Shown piece after piece: positions 9,091 through 17,422 of a stretch of 64,000 nt of DNA; the first letter of the stretch is position 1, and the number at the start of each line of letters is the position of its first letter. Source of the DNA: an uncultured Dehalococcoidia bacterium (GTDB lineage: Bacteria > Chloroflexota > Dehalococcoidia > Lucifugimonadales > UBA1127); the NCBI GenBank assembly GCA_964436745.1, contig CAYTEC010000003.1, positions 5,879 through 69,878 of the forward strand, in the 5' to 3' direction. The translations under genes were made by a program, and so were the position numbers. The notes below the pieces were generated by a model, which had not been told where the DNA came from, ran no database searches, and worked only from the letters and a program-made list of their open reading frames with translations.

Positions 9091-9344
9091 ATGGACCGCG
9101 TAGGGTATCTGGAATACAGAGTGAACGTGTTTCGGGACCCGGAGACGGGCCGTGTCGTCGGTGAGGTGCCTGCCCTCGGGATCGCCACGACGGAGCCGAC
9201 GCCGCAGACTCTCTGGCTAGCCTGCGCGACATGATGGCGTTCCACCTGGAGTGCCTGGCCCAGGAGCATGAGCCGATCCCTCCGGAAGAGGACGAGAGCG
9301 AGGGGGTCTACCTCCGGATCAGACCTCCATCTCGTGCCGCTTAG
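9091..9344 (+). pseudogene. HicB-family antitoxin, frameshifted
   Basis: SD AAGGAG, then ATG at 9091. Frame 1 gives MDRVGYLEYRVNVFRDPETGRVVGEVPALGIATTEPTPQ and stops at 9232-9234. The HicB-like continuation DSLASLRDMMAFHLECLAQEHEPIPPEED... runs in another frame from about 9207 to TAG 9342-9344. This implies a 1-nt loss near 9206/9207. Confidence 0.6.
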
Positions 9345-9543
9345 GCCCGTACCGGCCAGAGAGGTCGTTCGCCGGCTGACCGCAATGGGCTTCCGACAGG
9401 TCTGTCAGCGCGGCAGCCACGCGAGATTCGTGGACCAGAGCGGGCACAAGGTGACCGTCGCCATCCATCCCCGGGATATCTAGGTGTTCGTAATACGGAC
9501 CATCCTCCGTCAGTCCGGACTCACCGAGGAAGAATGGGAGTGA
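9334..9543 (+). pseudogene. HicA-family mRNA interferase toxin interrupted by an in-frame TAG
   Basis: A GTG at 9334 overlaps the hicB stop. The product is PLRPVPAREVVRRLTAMGFRQVCQRGSHARFVDQSGHKVTVAIHPRDI, then TAG (9481-9483), then VFVIRTILRQSGLTEEEWE up to TGA 9541-9543. The conserved HicA C-terminus continues in frame after the stop. Confidence 0.6.
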
Positions 9544-9661
9544 CTCGCGTAGGAGGTTTCCGCGGCAGTCACTCCGGATTCTCGAGCCTGCGCTGTGACG
9601 TCACAGGCCCCACGGCTTCGCCAGACACTCCAGCGGGGGGGCGGGCCGTCGAAACCGGGGG

Positions 9662-9690
9662 TTGAACCGCGGCCAAAGCCGTGGTAGTCT
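9662..9690 (+). promoter_or_regulatory. putative promoter of the antitoxin/MazF pair
   Basis: TTGAAC (9662-9667), a 17-nt spacer, then TAGTCT (9685-9690). An AGGAGG SD at 9708-9713 lies 7 nt before the ATG at 9721. A 10-bp palindrome GTGACGTCAC sits upstream at 9595-9604. Confidence 0.35.
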
Positions 9691-9720
9691 TGCACCAAAC
9701 GCTCACCAGGAGGAAAGCAT

Positions 9721-10143
9721 ATGGCTGGCATATCAAATAGCCAGCAGGATCAGGTGGTCGCTGCCCTCCGCACAATACGCGAGGCCGTGGACCGGCTACA
9801 GGACCTCCTTGAAGCTCCAATCGAGGACACCATGGAGCGCTTCTACCGCCGTCGGCGTGAGCTGCTCACTCGTATCTATGCCTCGGGCGGCCTCGACCAG
9901 GCCGGCCTGTTCCAGCTCCTGGACGAGCACGAAACCCCCCACCAATGGATTGGCCAGCAGGTCAAGTCCGGCTTCCTTGAGAAGTTTCCGCGCCCTTCCG
10001 GCCGAGACCTCTACGTGGCCACCCACAAGGCCGTGGAGGATCTCAGGCTCCAGGAAGAGGCCTCGGCCATGATGTCTCTCTCCGAAGAGACGTTCACCAC
10101 CGATTGGGACAGCCCGGAGGACGCCGCGTATGACCGCCTCTAA
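9721..10143 (+). CDS. putative antitoxin of the downstream MazF/PemK toxin (atypical, 140 aa, helical/wHTH-like)
   Basis: It overlaps the toxin start by 14 nt. The acidic C-terminal tail SLSEETFTTDWDSPEDAAYDRL is typical of toxin-neutralising tails. The N-terminal 110 aa are helical and include HQWIGQQVKSGFLEKFPRPSGRDLYVATHKAVEDL. Confidence 0.5.
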   Translation: MAGISNSQQDQVVAALRTIREAVDRLQDLLEAPIEDTMERFYRRRRELLTRIYASGGLDQAGLFQLLDEHETPHQWIGQQVKSGFLEKFPRPSGRDLYVATHKAVEDLRLQEEASAMMSLSEETFTTDWDSPEDAAYDRL

Positions 10144-10477
10144 TCTGCACCTCGGAGACGTTGTCCTGGTCCCCTATCCCCTGAACGCCCCCTCGCCGAC
10201 CCAGCGTCGGCCTGCGGCCGTGGTGAGCGGGGATTACTACAACAACGGCACGGGCGAGGTCATCATTGCGCCCGTCACGGGCCACGGCCGCGCCGTACCG
10301 CGAATCGGCGACTACTCGGTCATGGACTGGCAAGAGGCAGGGCTGCTGGGCCCCAGCACCATACGCGCGCGCCTTGTGACGCTTCGTACGTCACACGTCT
10401 TGAGGCGTCTCGGGGCGATGTCTCGACGAGACATGGAAGGGCTGGCCCAGTGGCTCCGGCGGGTCATGGAGCTCTAG
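10130..10477 (+). CDS. type II toxin, MazF/PemK family endoribonuclease
   Basis: LHLGDVVLVPYPLNAPSPTQRRPAAVVSGDYYNNGTGEVIIAPVT matches the GD(v)(v)xVxFP...RPAvVvS...(v)ivaPiT pattern. 115 aa. Confidence 0.8.
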   Translation: MTASNLHLGDVVLVPYPLNAPSPTQRRPAAVVSGDYYNNGTGEVIIAPVTGHGRAVPRIGDYSVMDWQEAGLLGPSTIRARLVTLRTSHVLRRLGAMSRRDMEGLAQWLRRVMEL

Positions 10478-10573
10478 GCGCCACACCCCGCCACTCGCTG
10501 AGGCCGGTCCCGCTCATCCCCCGGACGAGCGGTCCGATGACGCCGAGCCCAACAGTCCTGGAGGCGCTTCTAG

Positions 10574-11866
10574 ATGCGCATCCTCCACCTATCCGATGTC
10601 CACATCGGCGTCGAGACCTACGGCCGCCCCGCCACGGAAGCCGACGTAGACGCCCTCCCGGACTCGTTCGCTCCCGGCGTGAGACGTCACGGCTACCTGG
10701 GATACTCCACCCGCCTGCTGGACTTCCTCACCTCGCTGGATGAGGTTGTGGAATACGCCACGCGCGAGCACGTGGACCTGGTCCTCTTCGCCGGGGACGC
10801 CTACAAGAGCCGTGACCCGTCCCAGACGCACCAGCGCGAGTTCGCCCGCAGGGTGGCGAGGCTTGCGACCCAGGGCATCCCCGTCCTTCTACTGACCGGC
10901 AACCATGACATCCCCCCAACGCCGGGACGCGCCACGGCCCTCGACATCTTCCAGACGCTCCAGGTTCCCCTGGTCCAGGTGGGCTCCGTAATCACAACCC
11001 ACCGCGTGGACACCCCCAGCGGTCCGCTGCAGGTGGTTACCCTGCCCTGGGCACGCCGCGGCGCCCTCCTCGCCCGGCCCGAGCAGCGCGGGACCACCAT
11101 CGAAGAGATCACGCGCCAGGTCGAGCAGGAGCTTGGCGACCGCGTGCGCTTGGAAGCCGAGGCGCTTGACCCAGCTATCCCGGCCGTCCTGGTGGCCCAC
11201 GCAACCGTGGCAGGCGCGGTCACCAGCTCCGAGCGCTCCATGATGCTGGGCCGCGACTACGTGCTCCAGCGCGGCGACGTGGCCCTCCCCGCCTTCGACT
11301 ATGTGGCGCTCGGACACATCCACAAGCACCAGGTCCTGGGGGAAAGGCCCCCGGTCGTCTACTCGGGGAGCCTCCAGCGAGTCGACTTCAGCGAGGAGAA
11401 TGACGTCAAGGGATTCTGCCTGGTGACCATCGACCCGGACGCACCTCGGGGTGAACGGACCAGTTGGGAGTTTGTCCCGGTGGAGGCTCGCCCCTTCGTT
11501 ACGGTGGACGTGAAGGTGCCCCCCGAGTCCGACGACCCCACGGACGCAGTCCTGCGGGCGATCACCCGGCGGCCCGTAGCCGGAGCAGTGGTCCGGGTCC
11601 GGGTGACGCTGCCGAGCGAGCTGGCCCCAATGCTGGACGACCGGACGGTACGCGACGCCCTGCGGGGGGCGCACGCGGTGGCCGGCATCACCAGAGAGGT
11701 GGTGCGAGAGCGGCGGACCCGCCTGAGCCGGGGCGCCCAAGGCCTCGACCCTCGGGAGGCTCTGCGCCTGTTCCTGGAGAGCCGAGAGACGCTGTCAGAG
11801 GCGGCGCGAAAGCAGGCGATGGAAAGGGGAGTGGAGCTGATCGAAGAGGAGATGGGCAAGGACTAG
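10574..11866 (+). CDS. sbcD: SbcD/Mre11-family DNA repair exonuclease (metallophosphoesterase)
   Basis: MRILHLSDVHIG, LFAGDAYKSRDPS, LLLTGNHD, GHIH and a C-terminal SbcD-type domain are present. 430 aa. No SbcC/Rad50 gene follows. Confidence 0.8.
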   Translation: MRILHLSDVHIGVETYGRPATEADVDALPDSFAPGVRRHGYLGYSTRLLDFLTSLDEVVEYATREHVDLVLFAGDAYKSRDPSQTHQREFARRVARLATQGIPVLLLTGNHDIPPTPGRATALDIFQTLQVPLVQVGSVITTHRVDTPSGPLQVVTLPWARRGALLARPEQRGTTIEEITRQVEQELGDRVRLEAEALDPAIPAVLVAHATVAGAVTSSERSMMLGRDYVLQRGDVALPAFDYVALGHIHKHQVLGERPPVVYSGSLQRVDFSEENDVKGFCLVTIDPDAPRGERTSWEFVPVEARPFVTVDVKVPPESDDPTDAVLRAITRRPVAGAVVRVRVTLPSELAPMLDDRTVRDALRGAHAVAGITREVVRERRTRLSRGAQGLDPREALRLFLESRETLSEAARKQAMERGVELIEEEMGKD

Positions 11867-11906
11867 AGCCCGCCTCCAACATCGCCTCCACGCGAGGTCC
11901 AGCCGC

Positions 11907-12884
11907 TCACCGCGTCACGCGGCTACCGGAGAGAGAGCGCAGCACACGGTCGGAGCCCGCCACCATCGTCGACACCACCTCCGCGGCGCCCATCACCTCG
12001 GAGATGAGGCCGGCCGATGCGCCTGCCAGCGGAATTCCGCTCTCCAGGTCCCCTTCCAGTGCGGCCGCACGGATGCGCTCCGGCGCCAGCGCCGCGTCCC
12101 ACAACGCCTTCCCGCCTTCCCCCGCCGCCCTTGCCTCCCGCTGGAGCCGCAGCGTGTACGGGGTCTTGAGTGCCCGCATCGGGCTGGCGCCGCGACCCAG
12201 GACGAGCGTGGTGCTGTCCACCGCGCTCAGGATGGCCCCCTTGTAGGCGGGGTGGGCGATGCACTCGTGGGTGGCGATCAGCCTCGTGCCGACGCACGCG
12301 CCCTGCGCTCCCATCGCGAGCGCCGCCGCCAGCCCGCCGCCCGTCGCGATGCCCCCCGATGCCACGACAGGCACGTCCACGGCCTCGACGATCTGAGGCA
12401 CCAGGACGGACATGGGTGTTTCCTCGACGCCCACCAGGCCGCCGGTCTCGACACCGGAGGCGATGATCGCGTCCACTCCGGCGGCCTCCGCCGCAATGGC
12501 GTGGCGGACCGAGGCGACAATGTGCATCACGGTGATGCCGCGGTCCTTGAGCTCACCAGTGTACAGGGCGGAGCCGGCGCCAGCCGTGACAACCACCCTC
12601 ACCCTTTCGTCCAGCACGTGCCGGATGATGTCCTTTGCCTCGTCACCAGGGAGATACACGGTCACTCCGAAAGGCAAACTGGTCAGCGCCTTTGCTCGGT
12701 GGATCAACTTCAGGCAGTTGGCGGCGCGCGACTCCCCAGGGGCGGCGCCGGCGTCCGCCGTCACAACCCCCAGGCCGCCCGCGTTGGAAACCGTGGCGGC
12801 AAGCTCGGCGTTGGACACCCACGGGACGCCCGCCTGGATCACCGGCGATTTTATGCCAAGGAGGTTGCGCAGCTCGGTCTGCAT
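11907..12884 (-). CDS. nitronate monooxygenase / NAD(P)H-dependent flavin oxidoreductase (FabK-like)
   Basis: LGIKSPVIQAGVPWVSNAELAATVSNAGGLGVV, IASGVETGGL and PVVASGGIATGGGLAAALAMGAQG are present. 325 aa. Confidence 0.85.
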   Translation of the reverse strand: MQTELRNLLGIKSPVIQAGVPWVSNAELAATVSNAGGLGVVTADAGAAPGESRAANCLKLIHRAKALTSLPFGVTVYLPGDEAKDIIRHVLDERVRVVVTAGAGSALYTGELKDRGITVMHIVASVRHAIAAEAAGVDAIIASGVETGGLVGVEETPMSVLVPQIVEAVDVPVVASGGIATGGGLAAALAMGAQGACVGTRLIATHECIAHPAYKGAILSAVDSTTLVLGRGASPMRALKTPYTLRLQREARAAGEGGKALWDAALAPERIRAAALEGDLESGIPLAGASAGLISEVMGAAEVVSTMVAGSDRVLRSLSGSRVTR

Positions 12885-12997
12885 GCTCGGTAGAGAACTC
12901 CATTCTCAGCTTTGGATTTGGCCCCGCCCAAGTGTAGGGACGGCCCGTTTGCCTGTCAACAGGGCTTACACCTTGTGGGCGGTCGCCGCTTCGCGCG

Positions 12998-13026
12998 TTG
13001 ACCCCTGTCAGGGGGCTCCGTACAAT
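12998..13026 (+). promoter_or_regulatory. strong sigma70-type promoter giving a leaderless tlpA-like mRNA
   Basis: TTGACC (12998-13003), a 17-nt spacer, then TACAAT (13021-13026). Only 6 nt separate the -10 box from the ATG at 13033, and there is no SD. Confidence 0.5.
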
Positions 13027-13032
13027 TATCCC

Positions 13033-13632
13033 ATGACCTTGGAAGACCTGTCACGGGACGTACCGACCCCAGAAGACCCGCAAGAGGCTCGGACCCGTAT
13101 GGCCTACGCTGTCTGGGCAATGGCAGGGCTGGTCGCGGCCACCATCCTGATCTACGGGCTGGCCTCCGGCTTGGGGCTCGCGGGCATCGGGTTCGGCGGC
13201 GTGGGCAGCGCACAGAATGCGCCGGACTTCACCCTGTCGCTCTTCTCCGAATTCGAGGGCAGCTCAGAGCTCCGCCTCGAAGATCTGGCGGGCCGGCCCG
13301 TCCTGGTCAACGTCTGGGCCTCCTGGTGCGGTCCGTGCCGGGCGGAGATGCCGGCCATCGAGCGAGTGTGGCAACGCCATCGGAACCGGGGCCTGGTGGT
13401 CGTGGGCGTCACCATCCAGGACCGTGAGGAGGACGCGAAGGCGTTCATGGCAGAGGTCGGCGTCACCTATCCCGTGGGGCTCGACGCCGACGGCAGCATC
13501 TCCAGAGCGTACAGCATCCAGGGAGTGCCCTCCACGTACTTCATCACCGACACCGGAGACCTTGCTCGGGCGTGGGTCGGCGTCATCACCGAGGACCGGC
13601 TGGAGAGTCTGACAATTGATCTACTTCGCTGA
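13033..13632 (+). CDS. TlpA/ResA family thiol-disulfide oxidoreductase, membrane anchored
   Basis: An N-terminal TM segment (YAVWAMAGLVAATILIYGL) is followed by a thioredoxin fold with VNVWASWCGPCRAEMP (WCxxC). It is the internal start of ORF 12412..13632. Confidence 0.85.
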   Translation: MTLEDLSRDVPTPEDPQEARTRMAYAVWAMAGLVAATILIYGLASGLGLAGIGFGGVGSAQNAPDFTLSLFSEFEGSSELRLEDLAGRPVLVNVWASWCGPCRAEMPAIERVWQRHRNRGLVVVGVTIQDREEDAKAFMAEVGVTYPVGLDADGSISRAYSIQGVPSTYFITDTGDLARAWVGVITEDRLESLTIDLLR

Positions 13633-13665
13633 GCGGATGGCGTTGCGCCCCGGCCCTACGGTCGG

Positions 13666-14181
13666 ATGAGCGCGGGCGAGGTCTTCCTCCTGGCAGTGCG
13701 GTGGGTCCATGCCATCGCGGCTGTCGCCTGGGTGGGCGGCAGTATCTTCTACCTGCTGGTGCTGCGCCCTGCACTCCGAAAGGCCGACGATGGAGTGGCG
13801 CGGACCAACGCCCTGGTGGCGGCGGAATTCCGGGGCTTGGTCGATACCGCGGTCGTCGTGCTCGTGCTCACGGGCGCCATCATGACTTTCGACCGGCTGA
13901 CATCGCGCTTCGTCGAGGCCCCGTATGTAATCACGCTTGCAGCCAAGCTCCTCCTCGCCCTTTGGATGTTCCTGTTGGCGGGCGGCCTGCGCCGGCGAAG
14001 GCGCTCCGCCGGAACCGCGGCGGTCCCAGCCGCCGGCCCGCAACCTCAGCCTGCTCCCCTGTTCGCTCGTCTGTCCCGACGAATGTCGGCCGCGAATCTG
14101 GTCGTCGTCGGTGGCGTCCTAGTCTTCCTGCTTGCCGACCTGCTGCGGCTCCTGTTCGAGCGCGCCGTCGAGGGGCGGTAG
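13666..14181 (+). CDS. CopD-like integral membrane protein (function unknown)
   Basis: 171 aa with about 4 TM segments. The start RWVHAIAAVAWVGGSIFYLLVLRP resembles the CopD-family first helix. Confidence 0.5.
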   Translation: MSAGEVFLLAVRWVHAIAAVAWVGGSIFYLLVLRPALRKADDGVARTNALVAAEFRGLVDTAVVVLVLTGAIMTFDRLTSRFVEAPYVITLAAKLLLALWMFLLAGGLRRRRRSAGTAAVPAAGPQPQPAPLFARLSRRMSAANLVVVGGVLVFLLADLLRLLFERAVEGR

Positions 14182-14184
14182 CGG

Positions 14185-14958
14185 TTGGACTTCGCCCGCT
14201 TCCTGTGGGAGCTGCTCCTGTCGAACCTCCACCTGGTCTCGGCCCTGCTGGCGCTGTACCTGGTGGTGGCGTTGGCTCACCGGGAGGCGGCGCGCTCGGG
14301 CGTCCCCCAGCCTCTCCTGAACCGGACCGAGTCGTGGGTGCTCATCGGCGTGGTGGTCGGCGCTAGGCTGGCCGACGTGCTCCCGGCGTGGGACCTGTAC
14401 GCCCGCAGTCCCATGGACCTGCTGCGCGTCAACCTTGGCCTATCCTTCTATGGGGCTCTGGGAGGGACCGCAGCCGTCCTGGCGTTGGGCGACCGGCGCT
14501 GGGGCCTCCCATTCTGGACAATGGCCGACGCTTACGCCCTCTTCGCGCCGCTGGGCATTGCGGCCCATCGGTTCACCTGCCTCCTCTACGGAGACTGCGG
14601 TGGCAAGCCAGCCTCGCCGCCGCTCGGGCTGCCGCTGCCCGGATTCTCGCAGCCCCGCTACCCGTCCGACTTGTACGAGGGGGTGCTCACTCTCGCGCTG
14701 CTCGGTGGGTTGCTCCTGCTGTCGGCCCGACGGGCAAGGCCCGGTGTCATCGCTGGCGTCTTTCTGGTAGCATACCCGCTGGCCCGAGCGCTGGTGAGCA
14801 TCACCCGCCTCTCCCCATCGACGACCATCGCCGAGGCGGCGGCGCCCGCCCTGGTCCTCGCGGCCATCGGGGCGGGCGTGCTGGCGCTGCGATTACGAGG
14901 ACGGGATCAACGCCCGGCGGCTTCGGACGAAGCGGACGCGCTGGAGGACCGAGAATGA
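14185..14958 (+). CDS. prolipoprotein diacylglyceryl transferase (Lgt) family protein, divergent paralog
   Basis: TTG start 3 nt after the previous stop. It is multi-TM, with GLSFYGALGG and YPSDLYEG aligning to Lgt blocks. The expected GRxGNFxNxE block reads AHRFTCLLYGD. Confidence 0.6.
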   Translation: MDFARFLWELLLSNLHLVSALLALYLVVALAHREAARSGVPQPLLNRTESWVLIGVVVGARLADVLPAWDLYARSPMDLLRVNLGLSFYGALGGTAAVLALGDRRWGLPFWTMADAYALFAPLGIAAHRFTCLLYGDCGGKPASPPLGLPLPGFSQPRYPSDLYEGVLTLALLGGLLLLSARRARPGVIAGVFLVAYPLARALVSITRLSPSTTIAEAAAPALVLAAIGAGVLALRLRGRDQRPAASDEADALEDRE

Positions 14959-15140
14959 AACCGGACCTGATGGAGATACTGGCCTGCCCCGTCTGCAAGG
15001 GCGCCCTTGAACTGACGGTGGACCTGGAGCAGGACGGCGAGATCGTGACGGGGACCCTGCGGTGTCCGGCATGCGACGAGGACTACCCGATCGAGGACGC
15101 CATCCCCAACCTCCTCCCCCCCAGCCTTCGCGAGGCGTAG
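14955..15140 (+). CDS. Trm112 family (UPF0434) zinc-ribbon protein
   Basis: The ATG overlaps the previous stop (ATGA). The sequence is MKPDLMEILACPVCKGALELTVD...LRCPACDEDYPIEDAIPNLL. 61 aa. Confidence 0.8.
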   Translation: MKPDLMEILACPVCKGALELTVDLEQDGEIVTGTLRCPACDEDYPIEDAIPNLLPPSLREA

Positions 15141-15182
15141 CAGCCCATCGGCATCGCGACGCGGCGCACCCCAGGGTGCGGA

Positions 15183-15683
15183 TCACCCCACGCGGATCGG
15201 CCCGCCCCACGGGCGAACGCCCTCGCGCCCCGGAGCGGCCGCGAGCAGCTCGCCGACCGTGACGCCCAGCAGCGGGTGCCGCAGGTCCGGAGCCAGGTCC
15301 GCCAGCGGCGCCAGCACGAACGCCCGCTCGGACATGCGCGGGTGGGGCACCGTGACCTCCCGGGAGTCCACGACCAGGTCGTCGTAGAGCAGGATGTCGA
15401 TATCAATGACACGCGGGCCGTTCGGAGGCGATGGCGCGCGACCCAGGGCCACCTCGATTCCCTTGGCGACCCGGAGGAGATCCAGGGGCGCAAGGCTGGT
15501 CTCAACCGCGCAGGCCAGGTTCAGGAACCAGGGCTGGCGGGCGAACCCCACCGGCGTCGTCTCGTAGACCGACGATACGCCCCGAACATCCGCGCCGCGG
15601 GCATGCAGCAGCTCCAGGGCGAGAGCAATGTTGGCTCGACGATGCCCCACGTTCGCGCCGAGGCCCAGGTAGACCTGCGTCAT
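15183..15683 (-). CDS. folK: 2-amino-4-hydroxy-6-hydroxymethyldihydropteridine diphosphokinase
   Basis: MTQVYLGLGANVG, SSVYETTPVG, GPRVIDIDILLYDD and PHPRMSERAFVLAPL are present. The ATG at 15683 overlaps the folP stop (ATGA). Confidence 0.9.
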   Translation of the reverse strand: MTQVYLGLGANVGHRRANIALALELLHARGADVRGVSSVYETTPVGFARQPWFLNLACAVETSLAPLDLLRVAKGIEVALGRAPSPPNGPRVIDIDILLYDDLVVDSREVTVPHPRMSERAFVLAPLADLAPDLRHPLLGVTVGELLAAAPGREGVRPWGGPIRVG

Positions 15684-16570
15684 GGCACGGGCGGCGCCCA
15701 TCCTCGCACAACCGCATCGCTCATCCGCGCCACCCGCGCCATCGCACGCACGTCGTGGACCCGCACGATATCGGCCCAGTGCGCGATCGCCAGCGCGATA
15801 GTGGCCGCGGTGCCCTCCAACCGCTCGTCCGGCGGGAGCCCGCCAAGCACGAGCCCGATCGTCGACTTCCGCGACGTCCCTATCAGCACCGGCCGCCCTA
15901 GGCTCTCCCGAATATCGTGGAGGCGGCGAAGGACCTCCAGGTTGTGGGCGGGGGTCTTGCCGAACCCGAACCCGGGGTCCACGATGACGCTCCCCCGTGG
16001 CATCCCCGCGTCGACCGCCCGGTCAACGCTCCGGTCCAGGCTCGCCGTGACATCGCCGACAAGGTCGGCGTAGTCGGTCCCGTGCTGGTTGTGCATGACC
16101 ACCAACGGCACCCCAAGCTCGGCCGCCGTGGGAGCCAGGGGTGGATCGCACTGCAGCCCCCAAACGTCGTTGATGAGCGAGGCCCCAGCAGCGACGGCCG
16201 CGCGAGCGACCTCCGCCTTGTACGTGTCGACACTGATAGGCACGTCCAGGACCGCCCGCAGCCGCTCGATCACCGGGACCACCCGGGCCATCTCCTCCTC
16301 CGCCGAAACGTCGGCAGCGCCACGTCCGTAGACAGGACCTGGGGGCCGGGTTGACTCGCCGCCAACGTCCACGATGTCGGCGCCCTGCTCCTGCAGCGCC
16401 AGGGCACGGGCCACAGCCCGCTCCACGTCACCTATCAGGCCGTCCCCGGAGAACGAATCGGGGGTGACGTTTAGAACGCCCATGACGTACGTCCGTTCGC
16501 CCCATCGGAACTCGCGGCTGCCGATGCGGGTTGGCTCGAGCCTCGCGCCTGCGCGGAACACTGGAGCCAC
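15680..16570 (-). CDS. folP: dihydropteroate synthase
   Basis: VMGVLNVTPDSFSGDG, DIVDVGGESTRPG, SVDTYK, INDVWG, DPGFGFGKT and LIGTSRKS are present. Confidence 0.92.
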   Translation of the reverse strand: MAPVFRAGARLEPTRIGSREFRWGERTYVMGVLNVTPDSFSGDGLIGDVERAVARALALQEQGADIVDVGGESTRPPGPVYGRGAADVSAEEEMARVVPVIERLRAVLDVPISVDTYKAEVARAAVAAGASLINDVWGLQCDPPLAPTAAELGVPLVVMHNQHGTDYADLVGDVTASLDRSVDRAVDAGMPRGSVIVDPGFGFGKTPAHNLEVLRRLHDIRESLGRPVLIGTSRKSTIGLVLGGLPPDERLEGTAATIALAIAHWADIVRVHDVRAMARVARMSDAVVRGWAPPVP

Positions 16571-16684
16571 CTCCTCAACCTACGTCACACTTGCTTCCAC
16601 CGCCTGGCCCGTTGGCCTCCAAGGGTATCGTCGGGTCTGCGTGTTATGTCGAGTCGCCTACGGGTTGCCCTGGCGCAGCGCTTC

Positions 16685-17422
16685 CTATCCGCGTCGTCGC
16701 ACCGTCGCGCTCGCCAGCACCAGCAGCCCCACGGCGAACGCGAGCAGGACTGCGAGCTCTCTCACCACGTCGCCAAGCCCGCCGCCGCGCAGCATGATCT
16801 CCCGGAGCCCCTCGACCGCGTATGTCAGCGGGAGCACGCTGCTCGCCGCCTGGAACAGTCCAGGCAGCTCCTCAACGGGCAGGATAAGCCCCGAGAGGAA
16901 GATCTGGGGCGCGAGCACTAGCGGGATGAACTGCACCACCTGGAATTCGTTGCGGGCGAACGTGGAGATGAAGATGCCCAGGTTCACGCCGACCACGGTG
17001 ACAGTGAGAAGGAGCACCATGACCTGCCAGAGGTCACCTCGGTACTCCACCTGGAGTATCCAAACGGTGAACAGCAGGATCACCAGCGTCTGCACCGTGG
17101 CAAACAGGAGGAACCCCAGCAGGTATCCGAGCAGGATGTCGGCGCGACTCACCGGCGTCGTGAGCAGCCGCTCCAGCGTACCCTGCGCCCGCTCCCGTAA
17201 GAAGCTGACGCCGGTCAGGATGAACACGAAGAAGAACGCGAACACCGCCAGGAGGGCGGGCGCCACATTGTCCAGGATCTCGCGCCGTTCAAATAAACTG
17301 AACCCCACCAATGACATCACGACGACCGGCGCGACGATGATCAACGCCAGCGAGCGGTGGTCGCGCCGCACCTGCCGCACGATCCGCAGCGCAATTGCCA
17401 GACTGCGGCCCATGGAGATCAT
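16685..17422 (-). CDS. ABC-2 type transporter permease
   Basis: 245 aa with 6 hydrophobic segments. It overlaps the upstream ATPase by 4 nt. Confidence 0.8.
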   Translation of the reverse strand: MISMGRSLAIALRIVRQVRRDHRSLALIIVAPVVVMSLVGFSLFERREILDNVAPALLAVFAFFFVFILTGVSFLRERAQGTLERLLTTPVSRADILLGYLLGFLLFATVQTLVILLFTVWILQVEYRGDLWQVMVLLLTVTVVGVNLGIFISTFARNEFQVVQFIPLVLAPQIFLSGLILPVEELPGLFQAASSVLPLTYAVEGLREIMLRGGGLGDVVRELAVLLAFAVGLLVLASATVRRRG

